Positions 59,441 through 64,000 of a stretch of DNA of 64,000 nucleotides are shown here, piece by piece. Numbering within the stretch: the stretch's first letter is position 1; the number at the start of each line of letters is the position of its first letter. The DNA comes from Methanofastidiosum sp. GTDB lineage: Archaea > Methanobacteriota_B > Thermococci > Methanofastidiosales > Methanofastidiosaceae. A program made the translations under genes and the position numbers. The stretch spans positions 16,974-80,973 of the forward strand of contig DAOSDU010000007.1 of assembly GCA_035362715.1 (NCBI GenBank), written 5' to 3'. Below the pieces are notes generated by a model, which was not told the origin of the DNA, made no database searches, and saw only the letters and a program-made list of their open reading frames with translations.

Positions 59441-61360
59441 TTGCGAGGAGTAAAAATGGAAGGCGATAGAGTATCTCATCATGAATCTGTAAAAAAAATG
59501 TATAAGAAAATTAAAGATGACAATATAACAAATATTTGGGATAGATACGAGGCTCAAGGATTTGGGGGAGACCCAGATAAAAGATGTCCTTTCTGCCAAG
59601 GTGGAGTTCGATGTGACCTTTGCTCAAATGGTCCATGTCGTTCTGACGCCTCAATTGATAAAAGAGGGGTCTGTGGGATTACCGCAGATGGCATGGCAAT
59701 GAGAATGATGCTTTTGAGGAATGTATTGGGTACTTCGACTTACCATTATCACACCGAACAAACAATAAAAACTCTAAGGGCAACTGCCAAAGGCGAAACT
59801 CCTTTTCAAATAAAAGAGCCAGAAAAATTAAAATCATTTGCTAAACGACTTGGAGTGGATACAAGTGGAAGCATTAACGAAATTGCTTTAAGATTTTGTG
59901 ATTTTGTTGAAGAGGACTTTAATAGAAAATATTCTGAGCAAAGCAAAATTGTAGAAATATTAGCTCCGCCAGAGAGAAAAAATGCATGGAAAAAACTTGG
60001 GATATTTCCAGGGGGCGTCCATGGAGAAATGATGTTTGCCACGAGCTCATGTTTAACAAATGTAGATGGATACTATGTAAGTTTAGCCTTAAAAGCAATG
60101 AGAATTGGAATAGCCATGGCTTACCAAAGTCAAATCATAAATGAGTTTACTCAAGACATTCTTTTTGGGATTCCAAGACCTCATAAAATGAGGGTAGATC
60201 TGGGAATTTTAGATCCAGACTATGTTAACGTTTTACCCAACGGCCATGAACCCTTCTTGGGATTTGCAATGATTCAGCTTGCAAGAAAAGAGGAATGGCA
60301 GCAGAAGGCAAAGGCTGTAGGTGCCAAAGGTCTAAGAATAATAGCAAATATTGAAACAGGCCAAGAAATAATCCAGAGGTGGGAGATGGACGATGTTTTC
60401 TATGGATTCACTGGCAACTGGATTATGCAGGAAGCAGTAATGGCAAGTGGTTGCATTGATATATTTGTGGCAGATATGAACTGTTCAATGCCTATTGACC
60501 CGATATATGCGAAGAAATACAAATTCAAATTAGTACCTGCAAGCGAAGTTGTAGCATTTGAAGGCATTACTGAAAGAATGGATTATCTCCCAAATGAAGC
60601 AGAGAATCAGGCTGCATCACTTTTACAAATGGCAATTGACAACTTCAAGGAGAGAAGGAGTTCAATTGATCCAGTTGTAGGCCTCCCAACGAAAGAAGCT
60701 ATAGTTGGATTTTCAACTGAAAGTATAGTTGAAGCATTAGGTGGAACAATTGAACCTCTATTAAATGCAATTAAAGATGGTACAATAAGGGGTGTCGCTG
60801 GAATGGTTTCATGCACTTCTTTGAGGGATTCAGGCCAGGACGTTCACACAATAAAAATGGTAACTGAGTTGATAAAGAGGGATATACTAGTTTTATCTCT
60901 TGGTTGTGGAAATGCTGCGGTACAGGTTGGTGGGCTCTGTAGCTTAGAGGCTAAAGACAAGGCAGGCCCAGGACTAAAGAAAATATGTACTCTCTTGAAT
61001 ATCCCTCCAGTATTAAGTTATGGAACATGTACTGACACAGGAAGGCTTGCAGATTTAATTGGTGTAATTTCTAAGGCTTTAGGAGATGTACCTGTACCAG
61101 ATTTACCCGTTGCTGCAGTTGCACCAGAATATATGGAGCAGAAGGCAACTATAGATGCGATATTTGCATTGGCATTTGGATTATATACCTATGTCAACCC
61201 AGTTCCTCCTGTAACAGGTGGCCCAAATCTTGTAAAACTTTTGACCGTCGACTGCAAAGATATTACAGGCGGGATATTAAACGTTGAGAAAGATCCGATT
61301 AAAGCATCTGACGCAATCCTTTCTCACATTGAATCGAATAGAAGAAAACTAGGGATATAA
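59441..61360 (+). CDS. cooS: anaerobic Ni,Fe carbon monoxide dehydrogenase catalytic subunit
   Basis: WDRYEAQ then Cys-cluster CPFCQGGVRCDLCSNGPCR; 639 aa; C-cluster Cys spread through C-terminal half. Confidence 0.8.
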   Translation: MRGVKMEGDRVSHHESVKKMYKKIKDDNITNIWDRYEAQGFGGDPDKRCPFCQGGVRCDLCSNGPCRSDASIDKRGVCGITADGMAMRMMLLRNVLGTSTYHYHTEQTIKTLRATAKGETPFQIKEPEKLKSFAKRLGVDTSGSINEIALRFCDFVEEDFNRKYSEQSKIVEILAPPERKNAWKKLGIFPGGVHGEMMFATSSCLTNVDGYYVSLALKAMRIGIAMAYQSQIINEFTQDILFGIPRPHKMRVDLGILDPDYVNVLPNGHEPFLGFAMIQLARKEEWQQKAKAVGAKGLRIIANIETGQEIIQRWEMDDVFYGFTGNWIMQEAVMASGCIDIFVADMNCSMPIDPIYAKKYKFKLVPASEVVAFEGITERMDYLPNEAENQAASLLQMAIDNFKERRSSIDPVVGLPTKEAIVGFSTESIVEALGGTIEPLLNAIKDGTIRGVAGMVSCTSLRDSGQDVHTIKMVTELIKRDILVLSLGCGNAAVQVGGLCSLEAKDKAGPGLKKICTLLNIPPVLSYGTCTDTGRLADLIGVISKALGDVPVPDLPVAAVAPEYMEQKATIDAIFALAFGLYTYVNPVPPVTGGPNLVKLLTVDCKDITGGILNVEKDPIKASDAILSHIESNRRKLGI

Positions 61361-61406
61361 CATTAAATACTAAAATTTTTATATTTAATTATCCTTTTAT
61401 TTTTGG

Positions 61407-61997
61407 ATGCAAGATGATAAGGATATTCCGGTAATTACAAAAAATTCAAAAGAGACACATAAAGTCTCGACTCCTGAAAGAAAAAATGTTCAAGGAAGAA
61501 GGGATTCGTGGCTAATAAAACAACTTGACTACTATGAACTCAACTATGCTCAAAGCGATATAGACGAGATAAAGAAGAGAGTTTTTCTAATTCAGGAAAA
61601 TATAATTCCCATACAAAGATTACTTCTTGATTACCCTGAAAGATGGCCAAGAATTTATAGTACTTTAGAGCTGTTCAGAGAAAAGGCAAAAATAGATTGG
61701 GAAAAAAGAAACGATGAAATGGATTATCATGTTATATCTGATAAAGAAAGAGAATACTTAAAGAAATCTTTGATGCTCACAAATCTTAAATTATCAAAGC
61801 TCAACGTTCCCTTGCCTTCTTCCATATTCAATGCAATTTATAGATTTATTGAAGATAAAGACTTTGAATATCTTTTAGATAAAAAATCGATATCATATAT
61901 TTTAACACTCACAGAAAGAGAAGACCCTCCGCCAAACTGGGATAAAAAGCTTTATAGATTCTTGAGAAAATATTTTAGAAAAGAAATCATGAGATAA
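61407..61997 (+). CDS. hypothetical protein
   Basis: ORF track only. Confidence 0.4.
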   Translation: MQDDKDIPVITKNSKETHKVSTPERKNVQGRRDSWLIKQLDYYELNYAQSDIDEIKKRVFLIQENIIPIQRLLLDYPERWPRIYSTLELFREKAKIDWEKRNDEMDYHVISDKEREYLKKSLMLTNLKLSKLNVPLPSSIFNAIYRFIEDKDFEYLLDKKSISYILTLTEREDPPPNWDKKLYRFLRKYFRKEIMR

Positions 61998-62054
61998 ATA
62001 TCTTAGAAAGCGAAAGTTATTTAATCGACTGTCTTTTTTATTGGTCAGATTTAA

Positions 62055-63041
62055 ATGACCAAAAAGAATCTTAATGTTCTTGTGTTTTCTATTATTAGTT
62101 TTTTTATAGTATTATTATGGTTTATTGCGTTTCCAATCGATACCTCATTTAACGGGGGCAAGCTATTATTTGAAGGAACTTATCTTTTCTTAGTTGTAGT
62201 AATGCTATTTCATGTTCTTAAATTGAATATCCGAACATTTACATTTGGTTGGGCAATGTTTTCTTATGGATTATTGGTGGACTTTCTAGATGAATTCACT
62301 ATAGAATCTGAACTCTTCAATACTTATCTAGAAGGAATCTTAATTTCTATTGGTCTTTTCATAGTTGTATTTGGATTTTTTAAATCTGTTACAATAGAAA
62401 AACGAGAAACAGATGAAATAAAGGATTTGAACAATACATTGAAGCTCTTAAATAAAATATTAAGGCACGATATATTAAATAATATTTCAGTGACTCTGAT
62501 GTCATTAGAGATGCTAAATACTAAAGATACAAAACTCAAAGATAAGGCCATTAAAGCAATGAATAAGAGTGTAGACCTGATCAATAAGGTACGGGAATTT
62601 GAAAATGACATCTCTTCTGATAATGATATTAGTACCTATAATCTGAAAGAGATAATTGATGAAGTAGTAAAGAATTACGATGTTAATATTAATCTCCACG
62701 GCAACTTTAAAATTAAAGTCAAGAATACATTTTCTTCAGTTATAGATAATATTATTAGAAACGCCGTTGTTCATGGAAAGGCGGATAAAATTGATATCTA
62801 TTTTTCTAAAAAGGGTGATTATGAGATAAAAATAGTAGATAATGGAAGGGGCATTCCAGACGATAATAAACAAAAGGTCTTTGATGAAAATTTCAGTTCC
62901 GGTGAAAATAAAGGTACTGGTCTTGGTCTTTACATAGTAAAAGAGCTTCTCAAAAGATCTAACGGCGAAATTAAGGTAGAAGACAATAAACCAAAGGGAA
63001 CAATTTTTACAATTAGTATTAAATCTGATAATATCAAATAG
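62055..63041 (+). CDS. membrane sensor histidine kinase (HisKA_2-like H-box RHDILNN + HATPase_c)
   Basis: 4 TM helices; H-box; G-boxes DNGRGIP and GTGLGLYIV. Confidence 0.8.
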   Translation: MTKKNLNVLVFSIISFFIVLLWFIAFPIDTSFNGGKLLFEGTYLFLVVVMLFHVLKLNIRTFTFGWAMFSYGLLVDFLDEFTIESELFNTYLEGILISIGLFIVVFGFFKSVTIEKRETDEIKDLNNTLKLLNKILRHDILNNISVTLMSLEMLNTKDTKLKDKAIKAMNKSVDLINKVREFENDISSDNDISTYNLKEIIDEVVKNYDVNINLHGNFKIKVKNTFSSVIDNIIRNAVVHGKADKIDIYFSKKGDYEIKIVDNGRGIPDDNKQKVFDENFSSGENKGTGLGLYIVKELLKRSNGEIKVEDNKPKGTIFTISIKSDNIK

Positions 63042-63045
63042 AAGA

Positions 63046-64000
63046 TTAATCATCCATATTAATTAGCTGTATGCTGCCTTGATCATAAATCAGGTAATGG
63101 TGGAATCCTCCATTTTCTTCGGTTGTATGCAGGGGGGACCCTCCGCCCCCAGTGATTATATATCTAGTATTGTCTCTTATAGTTTGATAATACATATGAA
63201 TATTACCAGAAAAAACATTACTAATCTTATTATCTTTCATGATTTGCATAAATTCTTCTCCATCTTTCATATTGTGTGATCCAGAAGGTCTTGGGTCAAA
63301 AGGAGGTACATGTAAAAAGACTAATTTATTCCCATCATATTTTAATTCATTTTCTAGAAATGATATATTCTCTTGATTTAAGGTATCCGTTGAATCGTCG
63401 AGAATAATAAATTTTGTGTCCATATAAATAAAACTATAGAACGTCTCACCATAATATTCTTTATACAATGAGCCGTTTTGAATATCGCTATCATGATTTC
63501 CTATTACGGTATAAACAGGAGTGTCATAATATCTCATTAATTCTTCAAATTCTTCAAAATATTTCTCTTCTTCATGGATTACAAAATCACCGACATGCAT
63601 TACGAAATTAACGTTTTTAGAATCTATATCTTCCATAATCTTCTTGAAGGCTCTAGGGTATGGGTCCTTGGAACTGTCTTGTCTTGAATCACCAACAACT
63701 GCAAATCTTAATGTATTTGATTCTGGTAATTTGATAACGTAAGAGTTTCGAGAGAGAGGCGTGAGGCTTAAAATTATTTTCTCATTTGGATTAATTAATC
63801 TAGATTTGCCTTTGCTTTGGATTATACTATCTTTTTTTATGTTTAATACTATAATCTCTATTTTTTTTGGAAGGATAGAATTGTTATTTATGCTGAGTGA
63901 CATGGAAGGCGATTTAGACCAGATTACATTATTTTCTCTAATAAATCCTCCCTTTACGTCTAATAAACCCTCTCCTAGAGTTATTGATCTGTAGCCTATT
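63046..64000 (-). CDS. calcineurin-like metallophosphoesterase; N-terminus runs off the window edge
   Basis: GDSRQD…VMHVGDF…GNHD motifs; reading frame stays open upstream of Met63903 to position 63999. Confidence 0.7.
   Translation of the reverse strand, partial: IGYRSITLGEGLLDVKGGFIRENNVIWSKSPSMSLSINNNSILPKKIEIIVLNIKKDSIIQSKGKSRLINPNEKIILSLTPLSRNSYVIKLPESNTLRFAVVGDSRQDSSKDPYPRAFKKIMEDIDSKNVNFVMHVGDFVIHEEEKYFEEFEELMRYYDTPVYTVIGNHDSDIQNGSLYKEYYGETFYSFIYMDTKFIILDDSTDTLNQENISFLENELKYDGNKLVFLHVPPFDPRPSGSHNMKDGEEFMQIMKDNKISNVFSGNIHMYYQTIRDNTRYIITGGGGSPLHTTEENGGFHHYLIYDQGSIQLINMDD

Overview
This looks like a gene-dense, low-GC (about 32%) archaeal chromosomal segment. Evidence: thermosome, archaeal-type ThrRS with N-terminal editing domain, Pth2, Cgi121, DUF373, and FtsZ preceded by a CdrS-like RHH gene. 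Most of the content is housekeeping: thermosome, UvrA, a Lon-like protease, ThrRS, PurA, Pth2, FtsZ, adenosylcobalamin-type class II ribonucleotide reductase, and three tRNAs. The rest is an anaerobe-style redox, metal and sulfur toolkit: separate desulforedoxin and superoxide reductase genes, Ni-CODH CooS, IorA, HypB, the cobalt ECF transporter CbiMNQO, IscS/IscU, TusA/DsrE, GcvH, a NifX-like protein and a nitroreductase. I see no CRISPR array, transposase or integrase. Features the standard annotation does not explain: a LuxE/LuxC-like acyl-activating/reducing gene pair; a radical-SAM/SPASM - LemA - DUF2207 (Gly-tail) operon divergent from a NOX/ferric-reductase-like flavocytochrome; an IscS-like protein missing the PLP lysine; two membrane PAS proteins that end in an orphan DHp-like domain with no ATPase; a CheY-like regulator with a Cys-pair-rich output domain coupled to a processive GT2 synthase; a perfect 12-bp-arm palindrome on the cbiM promoter; 50-65 bp direct repeats flanking a Cys-rich gene; a GGATAAC-type repeat cluster upstream of cdrS-ftsZ; and a standalone cooS with an unusual Fe-S partner, a cupin and a divergent HxlR regulator. 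Protein family calls rest on motifs read directly from the translations; no database search was run.
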